Source: Promethearchaeota archaeon (lineage in GTDB: Archaea; Asgardarchaeota; Lokiarchaeia; Sigyniarchaeales; SOKP01). From it: a stretch of 25,874 nucleotides of DNA. Both the position numbers and the translations under genes were made by a program. The notes below the pieces were generated by a model. It did not search any database. It was not told where the DNA came from and saw only the letters and a program-made list of their open reading frames with translations. Shown here piece by piece: positions 17,823 to 25,874 of this stretch (positions are counted from its first letter, which is position 1; each line of letters begins with the position of its first letter). The stretch lies in the NCBI GenBank assembly GCA_048938895.1, contig JBHLLU010000053.1, positions 1,563-27,436 on the forward strand. Direction: 5' to 3'.

Positions 17823-19268
17823 TTGGTGATTAATTTAATTAAAAATAAAACTACCTTTATAATTATGAAATTTGGGGGCTCATGCCTGCAAGATACTAAA
17901 TCTTTTACTCAAACTGCAGAAATAATAAAGAAATATATAGAGAAGACAAGAATTATCGTTGTAGTTTCAGCAATGAAAGGTATAACAGATGAATTAATCA
18001 ATTTCTATAAAAAATCCTGCAAGGAGGATGTAGATTGCGAAGCGATACTCGAAAATATTAGCTTTATTCACAGGAATGTAATTGATAAAATATTTGATTC
18101 TAAAAATATTTATTATGAAAAAGCAATAGAATTTTTGAAAGAAAATATTGAAGAATTGACTCAATTGGGACGTCTTATACGACTTCTAAGACCAAGTGAT
18201 GATATTCAAGATCTCATCATTTCATATGGAGAAAAACTTAGTACATATGTTCTAACCCAATTTCTTAACAAGAACGGGATAAATTCAAAATATTTCGCAT
18301 CTAATGAATTGATTCTTACAGATGATAACTTCGGTAGTGCATTACCCCTATTAGATGACACAGAAGTACTTATAAATGAGAAGTTAGTACCCCTCCTAAA
18401 TTCTGAACCTGGTTTAACTGTGTGCATAACTGGATTTTTTGCTGCTACCAAAGAGGATAGGAAAATCACCACACTGGGAAGAGGCGGAACAGATCTCACA
18501 GCAGCGATCATTGCTTATTCTTTAAGGAACATATATAATATGAAAATAATTTATTGGAAAGATGTCAAAGGTTTATTAGACGCAGATCCTAGAATCGCAG
18601 AGAACACTTCACTTCTAAAAACAATATCATATGTAGAAGCAAAAGAATTAGCTTTCTTTGGTACTAAAGTTTTGCATCCTTTGTGCCTTGATGTTAACGA
18701 GAAAGGAAATGTTCCTTCTGAAATTAGATCTTTTAATGAACCTGATTCAGATGATTTCACAACAATTACTAAAGAAATATCTGATGATGGAAAGGTTATC
18801 AAAGCTATTACTTCATTATACGAACTCTCAATGGTTACAATTGAAGGTGATACGATGGTTCCTCTTTCCGGAACAGCATCCAAACTTTTTTCTCTATTAG
18901 GAGATAATAATGTGGATGTTGTGTTTATATCACAGAGTTCTTCAGAAAATAATATTACATTTGGCATTAATTATGAAGATTCAAAAAAAGTAAGTTTCCT
19001 ATTAAGAAATTCAAAACTTTTCGGTAGAAATTGGTTTCGTATTAAAATTAATAATGATATTTCTCTGGTCGCCGTTATTGGTTTAGGAGTACTCCATACA
19101 CCGGGTATAGCAGGTAGGGTTTTTACTACTTTAGGCGATAATAATATAAATATCCTAGCTATTGCTCAAGGATCTTCTGAACTAAATTTTACTGCTATTA
19201 TTGAGAGGAGAAATTGTAAAAAAGCAATCAACATTTTATATAAAGCGTTTATCAATCAAAACAGATAG
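17823..19268 (+). CDS. lysC: Aspartate kinase with two ACT domains
   Basis: MKFGGS, VVSAM, SYGEKLS, TTLGRGGTDLTA, ADPR, GTKVLHP, and the ACT motifs ISQSSSE and IAQGSSE. The start may be the GTG at 17826. Confidence 0.93.
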   Translation: MVINLIKNKTTFIIMKFGGSCLQDTKSFTQTAEIIKKYIEKTRIIVVVSAMKGITDELINFYKKSCKEDVDCEAILENISFIHRNVIDKIFDSKNIYYEKAIEFLKENIEELTQLGRLIRLLRPSDDIQDLIISYGEKLSTYVLTQFLNKNGINSKYFASNELILTDDNFGSALPLLDDTEVLINEKLVPLLNSEPGLTVCITGFFAATKEDRKITTLGRGGTDLTAAIIAYSLRNIYNMKIIYWKDVKGLLDADPRIAENTSLLKTISYVEAKELAFFGTKVLHPLCLDVNEKGNVPSEIRSFNEPDSDDFTTITKEISDDGKVIKAITSLYELSMVTIEGDTMVPLSGTASKLFSLLGDNNVDVVFISQSSSENNITFGINYEDSKKVSFLLRNSKLFGRNWFRIKINNDISLVAVIGLGVLHTPGIAGRVFTTLGDNNINILAIAQGSSELNFTAIIERRNCKKAINILYKAFINQNR

Positions 19269-19274
19269 AAACTA

Positions 19275-20510
19275 TTAAAAGAAATTTTTGAACTTCTTAA
19301 GAGCAATACTTTTTCTCATTTCTTCTCTAACTTCAGAATTAATATTATCCTTAAGTGCTTGATTACAAATTTCTTTTCCAATTATAACTTTGGGATTATT
19401 CCCCCAATTTACATCCAATAGCAAACAAAGATAATATACTGTTGATAAAATAAAGGCAATAAGGGTGCCCATATTCTTTTCCATAGTATTTTCAATCGTT
19501 ATTTTAGTACTAGGAACACCTTGTTGAATTAATGCCTGAAAAGTTGCATCTGCTTGATAATTAACAATAGTTTGGGCGGTTTTTCCGTTTACATATTCAA
19601 TAGAGGATTCCAATGTTAAATCAGGTGTTTCATGCTCCACAGTCCATATAATCGGTGTTACAATTCCTTTTGTTCCTCCTAATAAATATTCTAAGACAGA
19701 ATGCTGGCATATTGGGGCACTTTGATAGGTTCCAATCAAGCCTTTTTCATTTTTTCCTGTACTTTCAGAAATACATTGAACCCATAATCCTGTACTTCCC
19801 TCCAAATTTTTAGAATATGGCATTGAAAATATATTCTTATACCCTTTTTTATAAATCTTGAATAGAAAAGCCGCAAATTCTAACGCCAAATTATTCTCAA
19901 AATTAGAAAATGAATTATAACCATACTCTAAACCCTTAATAAATTCTCCAACGTTAATATCTAGAATAGAAGCTGGGACAATGCCTACATTAGTATTCGA
20001 TCCTGCATAACGTCCGGAAAGATTAGGAACGTCTAAAATAGGACATCCAATTCTTTGTAGTATTTTATTCAGAGTTCCCATAGATGATAAACCTAGAAAC
20101 TTATATCCCTCCTTTAGGAAACTCCCAATTGTTGAGTTTACATCTAAAGTTTCTCCCCCTCTTGAGATTGGAATTACAATTGAATCCTCTGGAGAGGTTT
20201 TATCAAAACAACCCTTCAATTCCACAGCTCTAGAGCTTGTGATGGGGAAAAACTTTTTTTGTGATAAATGTTTTAAAGCTAATAATGTTTGAATTGATCC
20301 ACCAGTTCCGATAACAATTATATTCTTGGTTTTATCTGATAATACGGAGTTGGAAACAATTTTAATTTGATTCAAATCTAAATAAGATTTTATATCAAAG
20401 AAAAAAGGTGGATCCCACTTTTCTTTATTCTCTTTAATAATATCTACTGATTTTTGTATTATTGTGTTAGGTAGTTTTGGATAATATTCTAATTTTAATC
20501 CTTTTATCAT
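19275..20510 (-). CDS. pgi: Glucose-6-phosphate isomerase-family (SIS) protein, divergent
   Basis: IGTGGS, ISRGGETL, SGRY, WVQCISESTGK, QHS and a C-terminal NPKVIIGK align with the PGI catalytic motifs. Confidence 0.78.
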   Translation of the reverse strand: MIKGLKLEYYPKLPNTIIQKSVDIIKENKEKWDPPFFFDIKSYLDLNQIKIVSNSVLSDKTKNIIVIGTGGSIQTLLALKHLSQKKFFPITSSRAVELKGCFDKTSPEDSIVIPISRGGETLDVNSTIGSFLKEGYKFLGLSSMGTLNKILQRIGCPILDVPNLSGRYAGSNTNVGIVPASILDINVGEFIKGLEYGYNSFSNFENNLALEFAAFLFKIYKKGYKNIFSMPYSKNLEGSTGLWVQCISESTGKNEKGLIGTYQSAPICQHSVLEYLLGGTKGIVTPIIWTVEHETPDLTLESSIEYVNGKTAQTIVNYQADATFQALIQQGVPSTKITIENTMEKNMGTLIAFILSTVYYLCLLLDVNWGNNPKVIIGKEICNQALKDNINSEVREEMRKSIALKKFKNFF

Positions 20511-20732
20511 AAATTACTCACTAGCTTGTTAATATAATTTAATAATTCTAGTTTATTTTTATTGTTTTATTAAGAATTTTTTTGCAATAAATATTGTTGT
20601 TTGTGATTAGGAAATTAACAAAGTAAATCTAAAAATCAGAACTCTATTTTTATTAAAATAAATAATACAACATCTATTCATTAGGAGATTAAAGTATAAA
20701 AAATACTCCAAAAATATAATATGTGATAAAAA

Positions 20733-21974
20733 GTGGCTAAGGCTGTAGATGTAAAAATTAAAAATGGTTTTGCCGAGGGTGAAGCTTACTACTGCCCAGA
20801 GTGCAAAAGAACACACACTAAAGGAAAGATTTATAAAGAGCATTTAAAATATGCCCAAATAGAAGAAAGTGGAGTGGAAAGCGAAAATGATGATTATGAT
20901 GACGAAAGTGAATTAATTGAAGCTTTTAATGAATTAGAAAACGAAGATATAATTGATGAGATAGAAGATGAGTCAACATCAGATGAACTCGAACCTGATA
21001 GCATTGAAGATATCGCAATTTCTACTACTGAGGAATGTGTTCAAGCTGTAAAAAATCTACCTGGAGTTGGTGAGGCAACCCTTAATAAACTCATTAAGGC
21101 AGGATTCAATAGTCTTGAATCAATAGCTTATACTCCACCCTCAATAATAAGGGAAGAAAGTGGTCTCGGAGATAAAACTACTGAAAAATTGATAAAAGCA
21201 TCAATGGAACAATTAAATATAGGATTTAAAAGTGCGGATGCTATCTGGGAGCATAGAAAGAATATTGCGCGAATTACAACTTCTAGTCAGGAGTTAGATG
21301 ACTTATTAGGTGGGGGAGCAGAGACAGGAAGTGTACTTGAGTTTTTTGGAGAATTCAGGACTGGAAAAACACAGATTATGCATCAATTGTGTGTGAATGT
21401 ACAACTTCCAAAAGAGAAAGGAGGACTTGAAGGAAGAGCATTATATATTGATACAGAAGGAACGTTTAGACCAGAAAGAATTATTCAAATGGCCGAAGGT
21501 CTCGATTTAGATTACAATGATGTATTGAAAAACATTGTTTTTGGAAGAGCATATAATTCTGATCATCAGATTCTTTTAATTAAAGAAGCTACGCAGATAA
21601 TAAAAGAAAAAAATATAAAATTAATTGTAATAGATTCTCTTATTGGGCATTTTAGAAGTGAATACATAGGTAGAGGTACATTGGCAAACCGACAACAAAC
21701 AATTAACTCTCATCTACACGATTTGCTAAGATTATGCGATATTTATCCCGATTTAGCAATTGTATTAACAAATCAGGTCCAAGCAAAACCTGATGTTTTC
21801 TATGGGAATCCCTTGCAAGCTGCAGGAGGAAATGTTGTAGCTCATGGGTCAACTATCAGAGTATATCTAAGAAAAGGTAAGGGAGAACAAAGAATTGCAA
21901 AAATTGTTGATGCTCCTCATTTACCAGAAGGTGAAGCCATTTTTAGTATTACAGAAAGTGGGATATCTGATTAA
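20733..21974 (+). CDS. radA: DNA repair/recombination protein RadA with an N-terminal Zn-finger and acidic extension
   Basis: HhH N-domain (LPGVGEAT...AGF), FKSA polymerisation motif, Walker [22 protein letters not shown], Walker [16 protein letters not shown] and TNQV. Confidence 0.96.
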   Translation: MAKAVDVKIKNGFAEGEAYYCPECKRTHTKGKIYKEHLKYAQIEESGVESENDDYDDESELIEAFNELENEDIIDEIEDESTSDELEPDSIEDIAISTTEECVQAVKNLPGVGEATLNKLIKAGFNSLESIAYTPPSIIREESGLGDKTTEKLIKASMEQLNIGFKSADAIWEHRKNIARITTSSQELDDLLGGGAETGSVLEFFGEFRTGKTQIMHQLCVNVQLPKEKGGLEGRALYIDTEGTFRPERIIQMAEGLDLDYNDVLKNIVFGRAYNSDHQILLIKEATQIIKEKNIKLIVIDSLIGHFRSEYIGRGTLANRQQTINSHLHDLLRLCDIYPDLAIVLTNQVQAKPDVFYGNPLQAAGGNVVAHGSTIRVYLRKGKGEQRIAKIVDAPHLPEGEAIFSITESGISD

Positions 21975-21988
21975 AAAACCCGAGAGAA

Positions 21989-22507
21989 TTAAATTTTAAT
22001 TTTCCATCCTTCTTTTTGCGTAAATTCTATCGTTCCCATCTTATTCATTTGATTTATTATTAAGTTAATTACTTTTTCAGAAACTGTAATTCTTTGGTTT
22101 GCAGCATATTCTAAAACCTTATCAGTTAATAATTTTAAGGTTTCAATCGATTTTTCTTCGTATAAAATTTTTAAAACAATTTTTTCTATCTGATTTTTTA
22201 TCTTTACTGGAATTAGGAATGATTCCTTTCTGGATCGATCTCCGCTAAACGCACTTTCTTCCCTATTTAGATCAGGTTGTTCGATTATAATTGCTTTAAA
22301 TTTAACCTTTTTATGTTCTTCTTTTTTTAATCCTATCTCTTCACCATTTTCATCTTTTTCTTGCTCTTTTTTTTTATTTCTTTCTCTAATATCAGCCTTT
22401 TTTCTGAAGAAAGAAAAAATAGTAAAGATTAATAGAAACATTAGGGAGATCGAAGTTGAAATCAGCATTACTATTTTAAACCTGACGACATTATTGAATG
22501 GATACAT
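21989..22507 (-). CDS. Membrane-anchored hypothetical protein with a C-terminal winged-helix-like domain
   Basis: N-terminal hydrophobic helix (IVMLISTSISLMFLLIFTIFSFF) followed by RKK, a charged linker, and a helix-helix-helix-hairpin pattern (IEKIVLKIL...VSEKVINLIINQMNKMGTIEF...GWKI). Confidence 0.65.
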   Translation of the reverse strand: MYPFNNVVRFKIVMLISTSISLMFLLIFTIFSFFRKKADIRERNKKKEQEKDENGEEIGLKKEEHKKVKFKAIIIEQPDLNREESAFSGDRSRKESFLIPVKIKNQIEKIVLKILYEEKSIETLKLLTDKVLEYAANQRITVSEKVINLIINQMNKMGTIEFTQKEGWKIKI

Positions 22508-22639
22508 AATAAGATAAATTAGATGGAAATCTGTTAATAATTACTAAAGCTTAATAATAATAAAAAGGTTTTCTCACTTTATAATTACTTTCATTACACT
22601 TAAAGTAGATTTTAAGGAACTTTAACATTATAATATTAA

Positions 22640-22670
22640 AATATAAAATAAAAAATAAGAAAAAATGAAA
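22640..22670 (-). terminator. Putative U-tract terminator after the large membrane protein gene
   Basis: An A-rich tract on + (T-rich on -) lies immediately after the stop codon at 22671. Confidence 0.4.
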
Positions 22671-25600
22671 TTATATAAGTTTCTCATACTCTTTAGATTT
22701 ATTTGAAAGTCTCTTAACTTCTTTTGTCATTTCAGTTCCACCTAACTTGAATATTTCAGAAGCTATTTTGGAAGACATTTTATATTTTTGAGCAGCCTCG
22801 TTATAATTTTTTTCTTTAGCCGCCAATTTTGCTTCTTTTTCAAGATTTTTCATCTTAATACCCAGATCTTCTATTTTGGTTGAACGTATGAATTCATTTA
22901 GTGGTTCTACTTCTCCTATTAACTCCCAGGTCGTTGCTATATTTATTGCATTTTGGCAAATATTAATCGTTCTGGTATAATCCTTCTCTTTTCTAGCATT
23001 TTTTGCAATCTTCTTCAAGTTTTTAATCTCTTTCTTTGCTACTTTGATATTATCTATCAATGTGGTTCCTGGTTTTTCCTCAATTGGCGCAGATATGATT
23101 TCATGCTGTTCCGATAAGCTTACAAAGTATGCTTCTCTTTCAGCGGGTCCCATTTGAGCAAGATCATTTGCTAATTTCTGTTTTTCTTCTTGAGATAAGT
23201 TTACTAATTGATTTATTTTTTGATTAATAAGGTTTAACTCTTGTTGAGAAATGGGTTGAGCTTCAATAGCTCCTATTTCTATTGGTATCAACATTTTCTT
23301 ATCTCTTAGCTCTTTGATTCCCATAAAAATTTCTGCTGTGTCTTTATTGGTTTTTTCAGATGCCTCTTTTAGAAGTGTTGCGATAAAAAAGAAATTTCTT
23401 TCTGATTCTTTCATCATGTTATTCGCAACTTTTAATACATCTTTTGAGTGAGGATTCTTTAAAGCTTTAACATTTGAGTAGTCATATGTAATTTCATGAG
23501 GTAAAATTATCGAAGTGCTTAATAATTCATCAATCATAGTTCCTGAATCTCTGAATATATTAAGTTGTCCTCTCCAATTTGGGAGATCACCAGAATATGC
23601 TTTCTCAAAGCTATCTATAAATTCCATTAAATTTTTGCGTAATATAATTGAGGCTTTTTTAGATAACACTAAAGCAACCCTTATGAATTCTCCATCTGAC
23701 AGTAATAACATTTTATCCCCATAATTAATTTCGTTCAATTCTTCCTGACACACTAGATCTTTTCCAAAAGAACAAATAGCTGATATAAAACCACTAATTA
23801 ATTCTGGATCAATACCTTCTGAACCAAAGGATTTAAAGTAAATACATGTGCCTGTCGCTTTATACAACACTAGAATATGTTCTAAATTAATTGCATCGTC
23901 AAATATTGTTTTTACTTCTTTTAAAACTCTTGATTTCTCCCGTTTCTTTGGAACTATAACACCACGATACACAGCAATAGAACCACCAGCAACAGCTAAG
24001 GCAATCCCAGCAATAATTATATAAGGCATAAGATCTTCTAGATTTAAACCTGAAGGCAATGGATTAACATCAATGTCGGAAATCATTGAATTATAACTAT
24101 AGTGATAATACTCTTCTTGAAGTTCAATGCTGACATTCATATTTTTTGCATCACTTCTTACAGTTATTTGAAATGATACTCCTCCAGTGGCATTTGTACT
24201 TTTGGTCTGAATTTCTGTCGATGCTAATCCATTGAAATATGGTGTAATTTGAATGTTAGTTCCTGAAAGAGGAAGCCAAACTGTTCCATTGAAATACTCG
24301 GCGTTAAGAATTATAGTTATTGAATCCCCTGCGTCAACTTCTGTTGGATTTTGAATATTTACTCGTACCTGATATTTTTCTATTACTGTCAAATTAAATG
24401 CAAAAAATGTAGATTCATAGTTTGTCTTAGTTAACGTTATGTTTACTAGATAATTACCAGGGGTTAAGGCAGTGTTTGAAGTAGTTATTTGTCCCATATG
24501 TGTTCCATAGGATACATTTTGATAGACAAAATGCAGAGTATTCAACAGAGATCCAGTATCTGGTGTGAAATAACTATAATACCATACATTATATGAATTC
24601 GCACCACCTAAAACCATAGCCTCCCCAAATTCCAGATCAGTTAAGTTAAACTCAATGTTAATATCACTTCCTTCAAAAATTGTAAAATTGTAGTTTGCAC
24701 TTTCAGAGATTAATATACCACTAGGATCAGACATTGAAATCAAATGGATTTTAGTATAATTCCCTCGTAGATAAAATTGAACATAAACTATATCCCAATT
24801 GTAATTAGGGAATTTGGAAACATTAACCTGTAAAGTGTAAAATCCTGAAGTAGCGCCAATTGTACTTATATTTAATTTATAATTTCCGTCTCCTGGGCGA
24901 TCAAATAATTCAAAACCCGGACTCCATACAATACCGCTAATATTATTTTTAACTTTTATATCGCTATCTGTTATGTCTGTAATTGGTTGGTTATTTGTCG
25001 TATCATTGAAATAGAAATCAATAGAGATATTAAACCTTGTACTTCGTGCAAAATCATCAAATTCATTCCATGATTGAATACTAATTTTTGTCTCGATTAT
25101 GGTTACTAAAATTGTAAAGGAGATTTCTTGTGGTTGATTACCGAATTTATATATTGTAAAATTGATAACATAAGCAACTTCAGATACAATTACATTAGTA
25201 GTGTTCAACTCTAATGTGTAATTTCCTCCTCCTTCATTTACAAGACTCCATTGAAATCTTTGTAAATTTGAGGAATTCTGGAATGTGTCATATGTGTCGA
25301 TAGGGGTTCCCAATCTGTCTGAATAGTTAAATTCATAGAATACACTATTACCTCTAATCACTTGAATTAAAGAAGGGGGATTTGGTGGAGTAAGTTGCGT
25401 TAATATCCGTCTCTCAAAATTAAGAGTTCTTGTGAGATTAATAAATTTAGATTTGTTTGCTCTTATGATTACATTAACACTTCCAAAATTTAAACCAAAA
25501 TCACTATCATTAGCATTTATAGTTATATTATAAGTACCATCATAGTTATCTAAAACATTATCACTTCTATAACCTGTACCATTGAGTGTGTAAGTAATAT

Positions 25601-25874
25601 TGGCATCAACAATCCCTGCGGATTGAGTATGGTCCATATATTCAATTTGAATATCAAATGTTTCACCTTCTACATATGAAATTATTCCAGTAGGTTCAAG
25701 AATCGTAAGTGTCGTATTTCCGATTACTAATTCTTCTAAAATATAATCAGCTAGATAATAGTTGGATTTAGTTACATTAATTTTGATATTATATTTTCCA
25801 TAATTACTAAATATTGAATCACTACAGTCTATTGTAAAATTATAATATCCTATTCCAAAAGGAATGATCGTAGT
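22671..25874 (-). CDS. Large single-pass surface protein (5'-truncated): Ig-like beta-sandwich repeats, TM, longin-like domain, winged-helix-like domain, MIT/TPR-like helical bundles
   Basis: The frame stays open for 79 codons upstream of the ORF-track Met, up to the window edge. It has beta-rich repeats of about 100-110 aa with many N-x-S/T sequons, a TM helix at about 23952-24023 followed by PKKREK, and a cytoplasmic LEHILVLYKATGTCIYFKSF...DPELISGFISAICSFGKDL segment. Confidence 0.8.
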   Translation of the reverse strand, partial: TTIIPFGIGYYNFTIDCSDSIFSNYGKYNIKINVTKSNYYLADYILEELVIGNTTLTILEPTGIISYVEGETFDIQIEYMDHTQSAGIVDANITYTLNGTGYRSDNVLDNYDGTYNITINANDSDFGLNFGSVNVIIRANKSKFINLTRTLNFERRILTQLTPPNPPSLIQVIRGNSVFYEFNYSDRLGTPIDTYDTFQNSSNLQRFQWSLVNEGGGNYTLELNTTNVIVSEVAYVINFTIYKFGNQPQEISFTILVTIIETKISIQSWNEFDDFARSTRFNISIDFYFNDTTNNQPITDITDSDIKVKNNISGIVWSPGFELFDRPGDGNYKLNISTIGATSGFYTLQVNVSKFPNYNWDIVYVQFYLRGNYTKIHLISMSDPSGILISESANYNFTIFEGSDINIEFNLTDLEFGEAMVLGGANSYNVWYYSYFTPDTGSLLNTLHFVYQNVSYGTHMGQITTSNTALTPGNYLVNITLTKTNYESTFFAFNLTVIEKYQVRVNIQNPTEVDAGDSITIILNAEYFNGTVWLPLSGTNIQITPYFNGLASTEIQTKSTNATGGVSFQITVRSDAKNMNVSIELQEEYYHYSYNSMISDIDVNPLPSGLNLEDLMPYIIIAGIALAVAGGSIAVYRGVIVPKKREKSRVLKEVKTIFDDAINLEHILVLYKATGTCIYFKSFGSEGIDPELISGFISAICSFGKDLVCQEELNEINYGDKMLLLSDGEFIRVALVLSKKASIILRKNLMEFIDSFEKAYSGDLPNWRGQLNIFRDSGTMIDELLSTSIILPHEITYDYSNVKALKNPHSKDVLKVANNMMKESERNFFFIATLLKEASEKTNKDTAEIFMGIKELRDKKMLIPIEIGAIEAQPISQQELNLINQKINQLVNLSQEEKQKLANDLAQMGPAEREAYFVSLSEQHEIISAPIEEKPGTTLIDNIKVAKKEIKNLKKIAKNARKEKDYTRTINICQNAINIATTWELIGEVEPLNEFIRSTKIEDLGIKMKNLEKEAKLAAKEKNYNEAAQKYKMSSKIASEIFKLGGTEMTKEVKRLSNKSKEYEKLI

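Noticed and set aside
17407-18967. ORFs 17407..17769, 18206..18511, 18551..18967 and 18658..18900
   Set aside because: They overlap larA or lysC antisense or in an alternate frame, and have no independent protein-like features.
20607-20843. Hydrophobic 78-aa minus-strand ORF that looks like a small membrane protein
   Set aside because: It overlaps the RadA Zn-finger coding region and promoter. The hydrophobicity follows from the T-rich complement of A-rich DNA.
20733-21974. An intein as the explanation for the long RadA
   Set aside because: The ATPase core is uninterrupted, including around Walker A. The extra length is all N-terminal and has no intein motifs.
23515-23724. Plus-strand 69-aa ORF
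   Set aside because: It is an antisense shadow within the longin-like domain.
1-25874. tRNA/rRNA/ncRNA genes, transposases, integrases or defence islands
   Set aside because: All intergenic gaps are short and AT-rich, with no GC-rich structured segment. No ORF shows mobile-element or nuclease motifs.

Overview
A very AT-rich, gene-dense archaeal window. It most likely comes from an Asgard archaeon of the Lokiarchaeia type. This is an inference from the archaeal TyrRS, the RadA with a Rad51-type Walker A, a Vps29-like protein, a Loki-style LRR protein and a membrane protein with a longin-like domain. In order, it contains: the 3' end of tyrS, an ADP-forming acyl-CoA synthetase alpha subunit, a Vps29/MJ0936 phosphoesterase, an SCP2-like protein divergent from an Fe-alcohol dehydrogenase, a protein of about 23 LRRs, a histidine degradation cluster (hutU-hutH-hutI plus a convergent glutamate formiminotransferase), a U32 protein, a three-gene lipid-linked glycosylation module (flippase-like, GT-C, GT2), a LarA homolog, aspartate kinase, a divergent PGI, RadA with a Zn-finger/acidic N-terminal extension, a membrane-anchored winged-helix-like protein, and the 3' part of a very large single-pass surface protein. 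The best novelty candidate is that last protein. It has sequon-rich beta-sandwich repeats outside, then a TM helix, then longin-like, winged-helix-like and two MIT/TPR-like bundles inside, so it looks like a receptor. No RNA genes, CRISPR arrays or mobile elements were recognised. All domain calls are by eye, with no database searches.
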